Part shown: positions 13,501-26,042 of the stretch, one piece after another
How the letters are laid out: each line of letters begins with the position of its first letter
How positions within the stretch are numbered: the stretch's first letter is position 1
Assembly: GCF_006345805.1 (NCBI RefSeq)
Contig: NC_043000.1
Coordinates: forward strand, 116,374,001 to 116,438,000
Direction: 5' to 3'
DNA: 64,000 nt
From: Octopus sinensis
Lineage: Eukaryota
Notes under the pieces: model-generated
What the model was told of the DNA's origin: nothing
What the model saw: only the letters and a program-made list of their open reading frames with translations
The model's database searches: none
Program-made: the position numbers and the translations under genes

Positions 13501-13937
13501 TAGATTCAATTATCACATGCTACTCATAAATAAAGCTCCCTAACGTATCATTCTACAAAACACATAGAATACATAACGCAATACATTAGGAGTGTGTAAA
13601 ATTATAAAAAACGAGAGAAATATACTACGATAAAATTTATTTTACCATTGGAAATTCTTATTTCGCAGCTTAACAAAGAGGAATAAATAATAATATTGTA
13701 TTTTACAATAACTGACAAATTACTTATATGTGGGCATTAACGAATATAATTTAAAGATTGTGTATATACTAATGCAGAAATGTGATTTATTACGAATTGT
13801 AAAATATAAGTTAGCTATTCTTGTTTCTTAAACTGCAAATAAAGAGTTGTTAAATAAGAATTCCCAATCGGAAAAATAATTTTTATCGTTATATATTACT
13901 ATCGTTATTTATAAATTTATGTACACACACATACAGA

Positions 13938-13969
<32 letters not shown>

Positions 13970-13972
<3 letters not shown>

Positions 13973-15164
13973 AATTATTACATTATATAAAAGGGCTTAG
14001 TAAAATAAATTACTTTGCCGCATACTGAACTCATTAGAAATAGCAGCTAAAAAACTTTTTTAAAGCTATTTCTAATACTTAAAGAAAATCTCTCTCATAT
14101 ATAGTGTTTGCTTAATTCAACTCACAAAAGTTTGATGATTTTAACCCACGCTGGTGGAAAGGGGAGAACAGAGATTCTTCGCTTGCTTATTTGAATTTGT
14201 TGGCACTGTTAGTTACGAGCAGATCTTCGAAAGGGTATGTTCTTATTTTCAGTGTTTCCAAATCCAAACCAAGGAATTCTGAGCTGATGATAGAAGTTTG
14301 TTTTTGACTAATCTTGAAACGTACGTTCTCAAATAACCTTAGCATTTGATTTTTCGATGTCCTTACCCCCAAACTTTTGTGAGTTGAATTAAGCAAACAC
14401 TATATATGAGAGAGATTTTCTTTAAGTATTAGAAATAGCTTTAAAAAAGTTTTTTAGCTGCTATTTCTAATGAGTTCAGTATGCGGCAAAGTAATTTATT
14501 TTACTAAGCCCTTTTATATAATGTAATAATTTGAATTCGCCTTGAATGGTCCCTTTGCATACTGAACACTTGGTGAAATTGATTAATAATTAATTAATTT
14601 TGCCCTCAATTGTTGAAATTATAATTAATCTCCCTCTGATTAAGCTTCGGATTTTACCGAAATAAGCATAGTGTTTGATGATTTTAACCCACGCTGGTGA
14701 AAGGGGAGAAGAGAGATTCTTCGCTTGCTTATTTGAATTTGTTGGCACTGTTAGTTACGAGCAGATCTTCGAAAGGGTATGTTCTTATTTTCAGTGTTTC
14801 CAAATCCAAACCAAGAATTTCTGAGCTGATGATAGAAGTGTTGTTTTGACTAATCTTGAACGTACGTTCTCAAATAACCTTAGCATTTGATTTTTCGATG
14901 TCCTTACCCCCAAACTTTTGTGAGTTGAATTAAGCAAACACTATATATGAGAGAGATTTTCTTTAAGTATTAGAAATAGCTTTAAAAAAGTTTTTTAGCT
15001 GCTATTTCTAATGAGTTCAGTATGCGGCAAAGTAATTTATTTTACTAAGCCCTTTTATATAATGTAATAATTTGAATTCGCCTTGAATGGTCCCTTTGCA
15101 TACTGAACACTTGGTGAAATTGATTAATAATTAATTAATTTTGCCCTCAATTGTTGAAATTATA
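13970..15164. repeat. Inverted plus direct duplication complex (possible PLE-type insertion)
   Basis: 165-bp perfect inverted repeat (13970-14134 vs 14370-14534). ~494-bp direct repeat (14130-14623 vs 14673-15164), with GTTTG shared at the junctions. Confidence 0.85.
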
Positions 15165-15300
15165 TATATATATATATATTGAAATCAACATGTGTTGCAG
15201 TGTTTTGTCCGGACAGTTTTAACTCTTAACATTTCCGAGTTTCATGCTTCAGATATCAGTACAAAAGGTACATGCACATATAAACACATACATACATATT

Positions 15301-15435
15301 CTTTGTAACCTCAGTACTTATTCTATCGGACTCTTTTGGCGAACCGCTAAGTTACGGGGAGGCAAACACACCAGCATCGGTTGTCAAGCGATGTTGTGGG
15401 ACAAACACAGACACACAAACACAGACACACACATA

Positions 15436-15475
<40 letters not shown>

Positions 15476-15636
15476 AATATTTACACATCTTTCAGTTTCC
15501 GTTAACCAAATCCACTCACAAGGCTTTGGTCGGCCTGAGGCTATAGTAGAAGACACTTGCCCAAGGTGTCACGCTGTGGGACTGAATCCGGAACCATGTG
15601 GTTGGTAAGCAAGCTACTTACCACACACCCACTTTG
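15301..15636 (-). mobile_element. SINE family A, 3' tail missing
   Basis: Head and body collinear with the other family A copies. Confidence 0.88.
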
Positions 15637-15640
15637 TGTG

Positions 15641-15672
<32 letters not shown>

Positions 15673-16828
15673 CAAAGAAAGAGGGAGAAGGTGATATTGA
15701 CAGAGAGAGAGAGAGAGAGAGTGAGAGAGAGCATGTTCAAGAAAAATTAATCCCAGAAAATGCTGAAAGGAATTGCTGGCTCCTGATTGGTTGTTAATAT
15801 GGTGGCAACTGTGATATTCATGCATTTAGCCTTTGAGCGCCTTTGTATATAACACGGTCTGCTCTCTTAGAAGTCATAAGAATATATACACATAAACCAA
15901 AAGAAAAAAGAAGTTAGAAAATAAATTACACTCTATATACACGTTTTGACACTTTTCTGCATACAAATACCCACACACACGCCAGCACACACAGCCACAC
16001 GTTGCATCTACACACAATAAAATACATTGCTTTCGAATCATGCTAGCGAAGTGAATACCTGAAATTATTTCGAATGTATGGTTTTCATGATATTAAAGAA
16101 AAACATGTACAAGTATATATCAGTTAAATTTAATCGATGGTTTAATGAACTGAGTTGGAAGGGCGAAAGCTAAAATATAATTGCTGAGTAGTAGTGAAAT
16201 TTTAAAGACGATATACATGTCTTTTTTTTTTCATTATTTGCAAGAAAAGATATAAAATCTTGTAAATTTAAAAATTTTAACATAATTAGAATGTGATAAA
16301 GTTAATCAAAATTGGTTATTATATGAAATGGCAACGAAAGAAAATAAGCAAAACAGATTTAATATGAATTTAAATTGTTATAATTTCAAGGGATATGAAT
16401 CGAAATAGAGTAAAGGATAGTGATATGACAGCGATAACAGAATCTACTAAAGGAAGATGGTTTTCACTTGTTTGAATATGCAGGGCAACTGGAAGTGGGT
16501 GGCAAAAGCTTAAAATTTTTCCAATGAGTAAATATGAAGGTCACTGCATATTAAAGTGTTTAACATTGAGGTTACAAGTATCGTGGCGCGTATTTCTTAG
16601 AATTTAATTAAACCGAACTCAGAATTTTGTGGTGAGAGGAGCATTCTCTTAACATAAATGTGAAATTTTCCTCCCTTCCGTCCCACACTTACACACATAT
16701 ATATATTAGCATATATACGTAGAAAGGCAGACCCATTTGTCTATGAGTATAAAACTGATCTATGAAGGAGAACCATGCGTAGTTCTAAATATAATGCGTT
16801 AGTTTTACTCCATTCGGACATACAGTTG

Positions 16829-18924
16829 CGTCATGGCGCACGTTCGGATGACCTCTACTCAACTCAATTCATCAACATCTAGACTTCTCCCTCTATATCT
16901 ACGTATTGGGCTAGCCTACTTCATCGTCTGGGGGCGTCGACACAATTTGGTACTTGTTCTTTCTATTCATGTGGAAATTAATTTAGTTACCTCTCTTAGC
17001 ATTACGTGGATGTGTACCATTGATATTCATACTAAGCCTATTGATCGAACCATCGGTTTTATGCCGCGTAAGTTCCTTAAACAGTCTTTTGAATCGTTGT
17101 TTCTAACCCTTATCGACTGCTCCCCTAATGCTCTTGCGCTATTTTTTCTGTGTATATTTTACGAGTTTTTAATTAGCATCCTTCTTCACACATGTTGTGT
17201 GAACACCCCCAGAAGATGAAGTAGGCTAGCCAAATACGTAGATATAGAGGGAGAAGTCTAGACGTCAGGCGCCTAGCAAAGTAGCAGGTGTTGTTTTTGA
17301 AGTTGTCCAAGACGGAATGTTTTTTTGAGAGTACAGAGTTGAATTATTGTTCGTTATTTCTGTTTTTGATATTGTTAATTTGTTGTGTTAAATTTTCCAA
17401 TTGAGGAAACACGGAGGAAACGCCAGCGGGCGGAAAACGTTATGCGGTCACAACTGGAAAAGGAGTTGAAGATAAAACTTTAGAGACATCAGAAGAGATC
17501 AGAGGAGTGGATACTTTTGCCGTCATACTGCGGCAAACGTGTAACCTGAGTACGAGTAGGCCAGGTACCCCCAGAACTAGAAGAGGCATGGCTCATGACA
17601 GCCATAATGTTCAATATGAAAGATGGGGCCAAAATATTAAAGGCCACAAGAACCAACAAGCTCGACTACTGGGGATATGGAATAGAGCTTTCTATCCAAC
17701 GAACAGTGGACGACTTAAATAGGATTGCGGAAGAGATAGTGCTGCCTGACGGCTTTGCTTTGAGAATGAAGGTAGAGGGCAGGCCGCCTGTATGTTTTGA
17801 ATGTGGTGAGAAGGGCCACATGAAGGTATGGTGCACCCAGAAAAAGCAACAAGCAGAGCAGGTGAAGAGACAAGAGAGCACGGACCAGGTTGAACAGGTT
17901 GAGACAAAGGAAACAGATGGTGATATGACTGTTGTAAAAAATACAGAGAAGGAAGAGCGGAGGGAATGGTTCTCCGCCAGAGAAACAGAAAAAGAAGAGA
18001 GAAAATATGAGAAAAGAAACCGTGAAGGAAGTCAGCAGAAATGAAGACAAAAGGGTGACAGAGGAAGAAAGTCAAAAGAAAGTGGAGCTACAAGTAGAAA
18101 TACCAGTTGCTTCGGAAATTCAGCTGGCCGAAGAAGAATTAGAGAGACTGTTTATAGTGTAGGAGGAAAAGAGAGAACAGAAAAGCCAAAATAAAGGAAT
18201 GAAAATTAAAGGGAACGGTGTATGGTATTGCGTAACCTACCCGAAGAATATTGAAACACAGAAGAAAATACTCAAGTTCAACCAAATAGTAAGAGTAAAG
18301 ATACCAGCATAGATATATGCAGAGGATATGAAGGCGATAGTAATTGAAGAGGAAAGTTATAAAAGACTACAAGAAATGTGTGGAGATAACATCGACCCAT
18401 CAGGAATAACAGTGGAATTCAAAGAATTGCCACCACTAGTGGATTTAGTAGAAATTGAACCACTAATGAAATATTACTAAAAAGTAAATAAGTATGTCAA
18501 ATCGACAGGAAAAAAGAAAAGAAAAAAGAAAAGGAGGAAAAAAGGGAAAAAGAAAGAGTAAGTGTTTTATGTTATGTCCAATAATATCGGAAAATAGAAG
18601 AACAATTTTAGAGAACGTATAAATGGTTCGAATAATTGTAATGGTATACGATAATTAATTGTTATGTAAATACATCATAAAAACGGACAGTTTAAAAAGA
18701 TTTATGGTAATGCATGTGATGAGGGGCGCATGCAGTCATTCATAAGCCCATTGTTGTGTAACAATCTCATCATATTCGTTCTATGTATTGTCCCCTCTGT
18801 GGTGTCCTGTCTGTCCTTGGTTGTTCCCCTCTATGTTTGGGCCCTTGTGACTAATAAAGAAACAGAGGGTCGAGAGATAGAAGAGTAGTGTTTAGTAGAA
18901 GGCATCCGAACGTGCGACATAAAA
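16829..18924. mobile_element. Composite element bounded by inverted TGTTATGTCGCAC-type termini
   Basis: CGTCATGGCGCACGTTCGGATGACCTCTACTCAAC at 16829 and GTTTAGTAGAAGGCATCCGAACGTGCGACATAAAA ending at 18924 are mutually inverted and match the 41518 element. No TSD seen. Confidence 0.5.
17440..18480 (+). pseudogene. Disrupted gag/ORF1-like protein with a CCHC zinc knuckle (L1/Tx1-like ORF1 by resemblance)
   Basis: VEGRPPVCFECGEKGHMKVWC (CX2CX4HX4C) followed by a charged coiled region. Upstream PSYCGKRVT*VRVGQVPPELEEAWL. Stops and frameshifts; no EN/RT ORF2 follows. Confidence 0.7.
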
Positions 18925-19361
18925 TCACATTTCACAGTACTTTATATAATTCATGTTAAATTTGATATGGAGCTTTGTGGCACATCTCCCAGCTGGTAGG
19001 GCTTACAGCAGAGGATCTGAAGGAACTATTTCTTTTTCTACAATTCTATTACTGACTCGTCTGTCCATAGAGCGAGTGGCAAATTGGGTAGCCAGAAATT
19101 ATAATTGTTGTTAAGAAACAGACCTTAATCAGTCGCCAGGTTTAACAGAATCACTTAATTTAAAGAAATTTAGCGGAGGCCATCCTGTTATATTCTGCCT
19201 TGAACTCATCTCGATAAACATGCTGCGACCCATGAGATTGGATTACATCATGAATCTTACTCGCCATTACTGTCGGAGAACCGTGATTATATTTACGTGT
19301 TCCAGTCTTCCTTCTATGAATAAGCCACACAAGCATTTTGCCTGTAGCTATTTATCAATAA

Positions 19362-19757
19362 ATAAGACGGTGGGTTGGCAGAATCGTTAGTGCACCGAGC
19401 AAAATGCTTTGCAGCATTTCGTCCGACTTTGGGTTCTGGTTTCAAATTCCGTCGACTTTGCCTTTCATTATTTCGGGGTAGAGTATTGGGGTCGATGTAT
19501 TCTCCTCCAAATTTAACTGACGTTGTGCCAAAATTTGAAACTAATATTTATCAACGAATAAGGCGGCGAACCGGGCAAAATGATTAGCGGCATTTCGTAC
19601 GTTTTTACCTTGAGTTCAAATACTACCGAGATCGACTTTGCCTTTCGTCTTTTCTAAGTCAATAAAATAATAACAGTTGAGCCCCGAGGCCGATGTAATC
19701 GACTTATCACGTTCTCAGAAGTCGCTGATCTTGTGACAAAATTTGAAATCGATATCT
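19362..19757 (+). mobile_element. Two tandem family B2 SINEs separated and flanked by a thrice-repeated 12-mer
   Basis: B head, central domain and TTGTGCCAAAATTTGAAAC tail occur twice. TATCAA(T/C)(A/G)AATA at 19353, 19549 and 19757. Confidence 0.8.
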
Positions 19758-20719
19758 ATCAATGAATATTACTGTGTGCCACAAATGGTAGAATTAATGG
19801 AACAGAATATGAGTAGCGGAGATATTTAACACATTGTCTAAATAGAGAAAATAACCCAACTTGCTTTCAACTCTCGAGTCCAGTAAGTAGATATCATGGC
19901 GGTGTTGCCTGACACGAATAACAAAAATACATTTGAGATAAAGCAGCAGTGTTCTAAATGGCTGTAAATGGTATGGCACATTGCTTTACGTAGCAGTAAC
20001 AGCATTGTAAATTAATGAATGATTCGCTATCTCACAGTTATTTTTGTTCGAATCTTTCTGCAGGCCTGGAACATGACAGAAGCGCTAGCAACACATATCG
20101 GCTTTCAATTATATGAACGCTGTGCATTTTGAGGAAGTGTTGAATCCTTAAATAGGAAGAACAGCATAAGATCTAATATAAATCATCGTAATCATCGCGG
20201 TGGTGGTAGGAGTAAGAAATGTGGAAGGCACGTGGCCATTGTTGTTTCTCGTGGAGATTGTTGCAGCGGTAGTGATGGCGAATCTGTAGCATTATTGATA
20301 TTTGTAATGGTGGAAATGTGAGTGATGATAGAGATGTTGATAGCCGAAGTCGTTCTGACATAGTACTAATGGAAGCATTTCTGAAGAATGGGAACATAAC
20401 ACATATCAAGATTGTAAGAATCATATTCTTCGAGCGAAATTGGCAACGTTACTTACAGCTATAAATTACTTTCGTCGAAACTATCCAACTATCCAAACGC
20501 ATCCCGTTCCATCTCTGGCTCTGGATGTGGGCCTACTCATGTGCTTGGTATTTTCATGCGTGTGTGTAGATGTGTGTTGAGAAAGTATACACACATAATA
20601 TATACAGTCATATTGTATATACATACAAGCAAATCTATCTTTCCGTCTATCTGACTTTATCTCCCTCTCTCTCTATCTATCTCTCGTATACATATTTATA
20701 TATACATACGTGTGTATGA

Positions 20720-20767
<48 letters not shown>

Positions 20768-21700
20768 GGCAAGATTCTGTACGTATGTATGTGTGTGGTG
20801 TGCGTGTGCTTCTAAGTATGCATGTATGTATCTATACACACACACGTACACAAACGCACGCACGCACATGAACACACATTCACATATATATATATATATA
20901 TATATTGATATTTCATATCCACCCACGAAAATGTTCACCGACACATATCGCTATACTGAAAGAGAACTGAAGTATCATTCAAACAGATTAACATGAAGAA
21001 AAACATCGTTTTGTTGGAATAAAGTTATTAGCAATAATGCACAATATTCCATCTATTATTTTACGACCGTATACTAAACACACATCGAGATAAACTTATA
21101 TAGACATAATGTAAATAAAATGGATCTGAAAACTGAAAATGTGGACACAGAAGGAGATTTCATTGTTTCCTACGTAAAGAGGAGATCTTAAATTTTCATC
21201 GTGGGAAACGCTGGTTGTAAATCATATCTGGCGAACGTTATTTAAAAAGGACTATTTTATGCCCGTGTGAAGAACAGATATCACACGGTAAAGCACTTTG
21301 GTTCAAAGCAGAGAAACGGGGAAATGTATCCTCTCGGAAGGTAGAAATAGAAGGACTGACAACCCCAGAGAGCCTATTAGCTGCAGAACAAGAGAAGCAG
21401 AAAGTTTGAATTCGACGCCGATAAAAACTCGTTTTCAATAAAAATTTATTTACAACGCTCTCCCAGAGTAAGAAGTATGATCATGATACAGGCACAAGCG
21501 TGGCTGTGTGGTGAGAAGCTTATATCCCAACCACATGTTTCTGGGCTCAGAAGTGCGTGACACCTTGGGAAAGTTTTGTGCGTCGATCTGATACACGGAA
21601 ACTGAAAGAAACCCTTCGAATATTTTTAAGTTTTCTTTCATTCTTTTGTTGTCTTACAATATTTTATCTATCTATCTATATATATATATTTTCTGACAGC

Positions 21701-21748
21701 GTCTCCGATGAAGGGATATGATAAATATCCTAGAAACAGCTGGGAGAC
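21701..21748 (+). ncRNA. Type I hammerhead-like relic
   Basis: Stem I GTCT/AGAC; core CCGATGA+A; stem II GGGATAT/ATATCCT; GAAAC; palindromic CAGCTG. The cleavage triplet reads GGG, so it is probably inactive. Confidence 0.5.
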
Positions 21749-21769
21749 ATTATATATATATATATATAT

Positions 21770-22164
21770 ACTCTTACTCTTTTACTCATTTACTTGTTTC
21801 AGTCATTTGACTGCGACCATGCTGGAGCACCGCCTTTAGTCGACCAAATCGACCCCGGGACTTATTCTTTGTAAGCCCAGTACTTATTCTATCGGTCTCT
21901 TTTGCCGAACCGCTAAGTTACGGGGACGTAAACACACCACCATCGGTTGTCAAGCAATGCTAGGGGGACAAACACACACACATACACATATACATATATA
22001 CGACAGGCTTCTTTCAGTTTCCGTCTACCAAATCCACTCACAAGGCATTGGTTGGCCCGGGGCTATAGCAGAGGACACTTGCCCAAGATGCCACGCAGTG
22101 GGACTGAACCCGGAACCATGTGGTTGGTTAGCAAGCTACTTACCACACAGCCACTCCTGCGCCT
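21770..22164 (-). mobile_element. SINE family A, near-intact
   Basis: Complete head (AGGCGCAGGAGTGGCTGTGTGGTAAG) to (GAGTAAAA)n tail. Confidence 0.93.
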
Positions 22165-22361
22165 GTCCCCGTAAATTAGCTATTCGGAAATAGGTATCGA
22201 TAGAATAAACACCGGGTTTAAAATAAAATAAGAACTGGGGTTCATTCCATGGACTAAAACATTCTTCAAGGAAGTGCTCCAGCATGACCGCATTCTAACG
22301 AATGAAACAAGTAAAAGATAAAAGATAAGAGATAGTCGTCATAACACACACACCACACACA

Positions 22362-22401
<40 letters not shown>

Positions 22402-22864
22402 TAATAAATTAGTCGTAAAACAATCTGATAGATGGGTCTAGGTAAAAAAATGGAAAAATGCGTTTCATGTGAAAGTTTGTCAATATTCTCCTAGCAACTG
22501 ATCGTCACAGTACCTGCCGTAGGTTTATTTTCCTGTTATGACCAAGTGGGCAGCTTGTGCACTCACGGTCGTGAGATAGTGGTTTCAATTTCCGGACTGG
22601 CTGATGCGCTGTTTGCTTACGAAAAAGACTTCATCTCATATTGCTCTCCCATCATTTCAACACCAACACCTGACGAGTGGTACAACCTCGATATCATGGA
22701 AAGAATGAACTAATATACAACATAAACATTTGATCACTGTAAGCAATTTATTTGTGCAGGGTGTTCTGTAAGAAATTGCACATCTATGATAGACTACCAT
22801 CATCCATAAGTCTGTCTGTCTGTCTGTCTGTCTGTATGTATGTATGTATGTATGTTTTAATATT

Positions 22865-23185
22865 TCTCGTCAATAGTGAAAGAGCCGGTTTGTATCTGGT
22901 TCCAAGGGCCCTTCATGGGAATTCCAGCAATATTAACAGGGTATTTTTCTATTTATGCAAATATGCAGATTTTTTTTTTCTTTTTTTACAGTTTGTATGT
23001 TCTGATTTTTTTACAGTTGCAGTGATGGCTTGGATCTGTAATCTTCGAATTGCCCTTCTCCATTCTGGTTTTGAGAAGCTTAATTTCTCAAGATTGGTAT
23101 TTAGTGTAACATGTCCCAGTGCCCCAGTTATTACAAGTATAAACCGGAAATTGTAAACTGAGTACAGTAACTATTGATTCCTCAA
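22865..23185 (-). mobile_element. 3' end of an RLE-type (R4/NeSL-like) non-LTR retrotransposon
   Basis: Reverse translation ..VITGALGHVTLNTNLEKLSFSKPEWRRAIRRLQIQAITATVKKIR resembles the C-terminus of restriction-like-endonuclease LINEs (GALG...LQ..A..T). 3' UTR follows. Confidence 0.65.
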
Positions 23186-23537
23186 TAGTTCAGCGTAAGT
23201 ATTTTCTTTTTCGCTGATCTTTAGCTCAATGCTAACATCCGTCGGGCAGCTGATTTCCACAATTGTACACAGCTTATCTTCTTAATCCCAAATCACAATG
23301 TCAGGCAAATTGCTTTTATTGAAGTTTTCACTCGGTCATTCCACCATTGCCCCTTCTTATTATGAGTGGCTATGGAATATATCCATACTGTGGATTCTTA
23401 TTTCTATGGCCTCGGGTTATCCTTCGGACAGATCTCATGAAAAGAGGTCTTTAGCTACCACATCCTGTGTCATCGGTAGATAATACAGCGATGTGTATGT
23501 ATGTATGTATGTACGTACGTGTGCATAATTGGAATCA

Positions 23538-23944
23538 TACGCTTTTACTCTTTTACTTGTTTCAGTCATTTGACTACGGACATGCTGGAGCACCGCCTTT
23601 TAGTCGAGCAAATCGACCCTAGGACTTATTCTTTGTAAGCCTAGTACTTATTCTATCGGTCTATTTTGCCGAACCGCTAAGTCACGGGTACGTAAACACA
23701 CCACCATCGGTAGTCAAGCGATGATGGGGGGGACCAAACACAGACACACAGACATATACACACATATATATATATACATATATACGACAGGCTTCTTTCG
23801 GTTTCCGTCTACCAAATCCACTCACAAGGCTTTGGTCGGCCTGAGGCTATAGTAGAAGACAATTGCTCAAGGTGCCACGCAGTGGGACTGAACCCAGAAC
23901 CATGTGGTTGGTAAGCAAGCTACTTACCACACAGCCACTTCTGC
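23538..23944 (-). mobile_element. SINE family A
   Basis: Full-length match to the other family A copies. Confidence 0.92.
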
Positions 23945-24274
23945 TTAAATTTTTACATTTAAAAGCTGTTAAGAATACATTTTTTCTGCGTTATAAAAGT
24001 AAGTATATGCGACTATATTTACATATATATATATGTGTTTCGGAAATATGTAATCAAATATATTGATCAACAGTAATTGCTTTCATGTAAACATCAGCTG
24101 AAAAAATAGAATAGACAAAGATAAACATGAAAATAAAAAAAAGCAACACAATTTGATAAAGGGTGAGCAGATAGGGTGAGCAGATTATTATCAGACGAAT
24201 ATATATTTATAGTTCATTAATGTTACTCATATATAAAGATTAATATCTGTATGTATATATGTATGTCATTATTC

Positions 24275-24376
24275 AGTTTATTTCACAATTTTTTGCCAAT
24301 AGAGAAAGAACAGGTTTCGAACCTAGATCCAAGGTTCCTTCATTGGAATTTCAACATCAACAACAGAGTATGTATG

Positions 24377-24407
<31 letters not shown>

Positions 24408-24450
24408 GTGCAGATTTGTATGTTTATGTGTGTATTCTCATGCACATAGT

Positions 24451-24491
<41 letters not shown>

Positions 24492-24689
24492 GATAAAAAC
24501 ATATTTTTTATATGGCGGTGCCCCAGTATAGCCACAGCTCATGAGCTGAAACTGATAAAATATATAAAATATAAAATTTATATATTAAAAATTATATTAA
24601 AACTATGTGCGTATTTTCCTCTTTTAATTTCTTATATACATTACAACTCACCACGTGGGATAATCGAAATTCCTCTTTTCTGCTACTAC

Positions 24690-24755
<66 letters not shown>

Positions 24756-24958
24756 GATTAAATTTCTGGAAAGTTTTACAAATTTCTACAGTCCAGTGAT
24801 GGTTTGGATCTGTAGTCTTCGAATTGGCTTTCTATATTCTTGGTTTGCGAAGCCTAATTTCTCAAGGTTGCTAATTAGGCAGCGTGCTACATATCCCAGG
24901 GCCTGAATAATTATAGCTATAAACTTGAACTTGTAATCTGGATATAGTAACTGCAGAT
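24275..24958 (-). mobile_element. Second RLE-type LINE 3' end, interrupted by microsatellites and a CR1 tail
   Basis: 24755-24958 translates LQLLYPDYKFKFIAIIIQALGYVARCLISNLEKLGFANQEYRKPIRRLQIQTITG. 24290-24370 matches the 3' UTR at 22870-22950. Confidence 0.65.
24513..24565 (+). mobile_element. Extremely 5'-truncated CR1 3' terminus
   Basis: GGCGGTGCCCCAGTATAGCCACAGCTCATGAGCTGAAACT matches the LINE tail at ~12371-12410. Confidence 0.75.
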
Positions 24959-25107
24959 GTATGCATGTATGTATGTATGTATGTATGTGTGCATGCATTT
25001 ATGTATGTGTGTATTATGTATGAATGTACGTATCTATCTATCTCCCCTACATACTTACCTATCTATCTATCTATACATACATACATACATCTATGTAGGT
25101 ATATGAA

Positions 25108-25153
<46 letters not shown>

Positions 25154-25409
25154 TACGGCTGTGCGTGCACGCGCGTGTGTGTATGAAAAAATTAGTATTT
25201 TGTGTATAGTTACAAATATATTCAGAGTAGTTAGAGCATAGATATTTGAAACCAATCATGAATATTCATTAGACAAATATATAAGTAAAACTACGCCTAC
25301 GATTTTTGATAAGCAGAACATGTACAAGCAATGAAATGAAATAAAGAATAAACCTAGGTTATTAATTTAAATATACAGGCATGCATGCATACGTACGTAC
25401 ATATGAATA

Positions 25410-25646
25410 CACTTTACTCTTTTACTTGTTTCAGTCACTTGACTATGGCCATGCTGGAGCACCGCCTTTAGTCGAGGAAATCGACCCAGGACTTATTCTT
25501 TGTAAGCCTAGTACTTATTCTATCGGACTGTTTTGCCGAACCGCTAAGTTACGGGCAACATAAACACACTAGCATCGGTTGTCAAGCGATGCGGGGGAGG
25601 GGGCAAACACAAACACACAAAATATATACACACACATACCTATATA

Positions 25647-25727
<81 letters not shown>

Positions 25728-26042
25728 TATATATATAATATATATATATATATATACAGTCAAGTACCGCAAATATTGGTTTCAAATTTCGCACAAGGCC
25801 AGTAATTTAGAGGTGGGGGTGGGGTAAGTCGATTACATCGACTCCCAGTGCTTAACTGGTACTTATTTTATCGACTCCGAAAGGGCTTCTTTTAGTTTCC
25901 GTCTACCAAATCCACTCACAAGGCTTTGATCGGCCCGAGGCTACAGTAGAAGACACTTGCCCAAGTTGCCACGCAATGGGACTGAAACCAGAACCATGTG
26001 GTTGGTAAGCAAGCTACTTACCATATAGCCACCCCTGTGCCT
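25410..26042 (-). mobile_element. Family A SINE containing a 128-bp segment copied from 26880-27007
   Basis: A 3' half, microsatellite, then CAGTCAAGTACCGC plus a B2 tail (25757-25884), then the A 5' half. Confidence 0.85.

Larger units (their letters stand above)
21490..22328 (+). mobile_element. Old family A SINE split by later insertions
   Basis: 5' half at 21490-21622 and 3' half resuming at 22165 (GTCCCCGTAAATTAGC...GTGCTCCAGCATGACC...GTAAAAGATAAAAG). Confidence 0.7.

Noticed and set aside
22664-22700. CTGACGAG..CTC-GATA hammerhead-like words in a degenerate SINE tail
   Set aside because: GAAA, stem III and stem I are all broken, so the fold cannot be supported.
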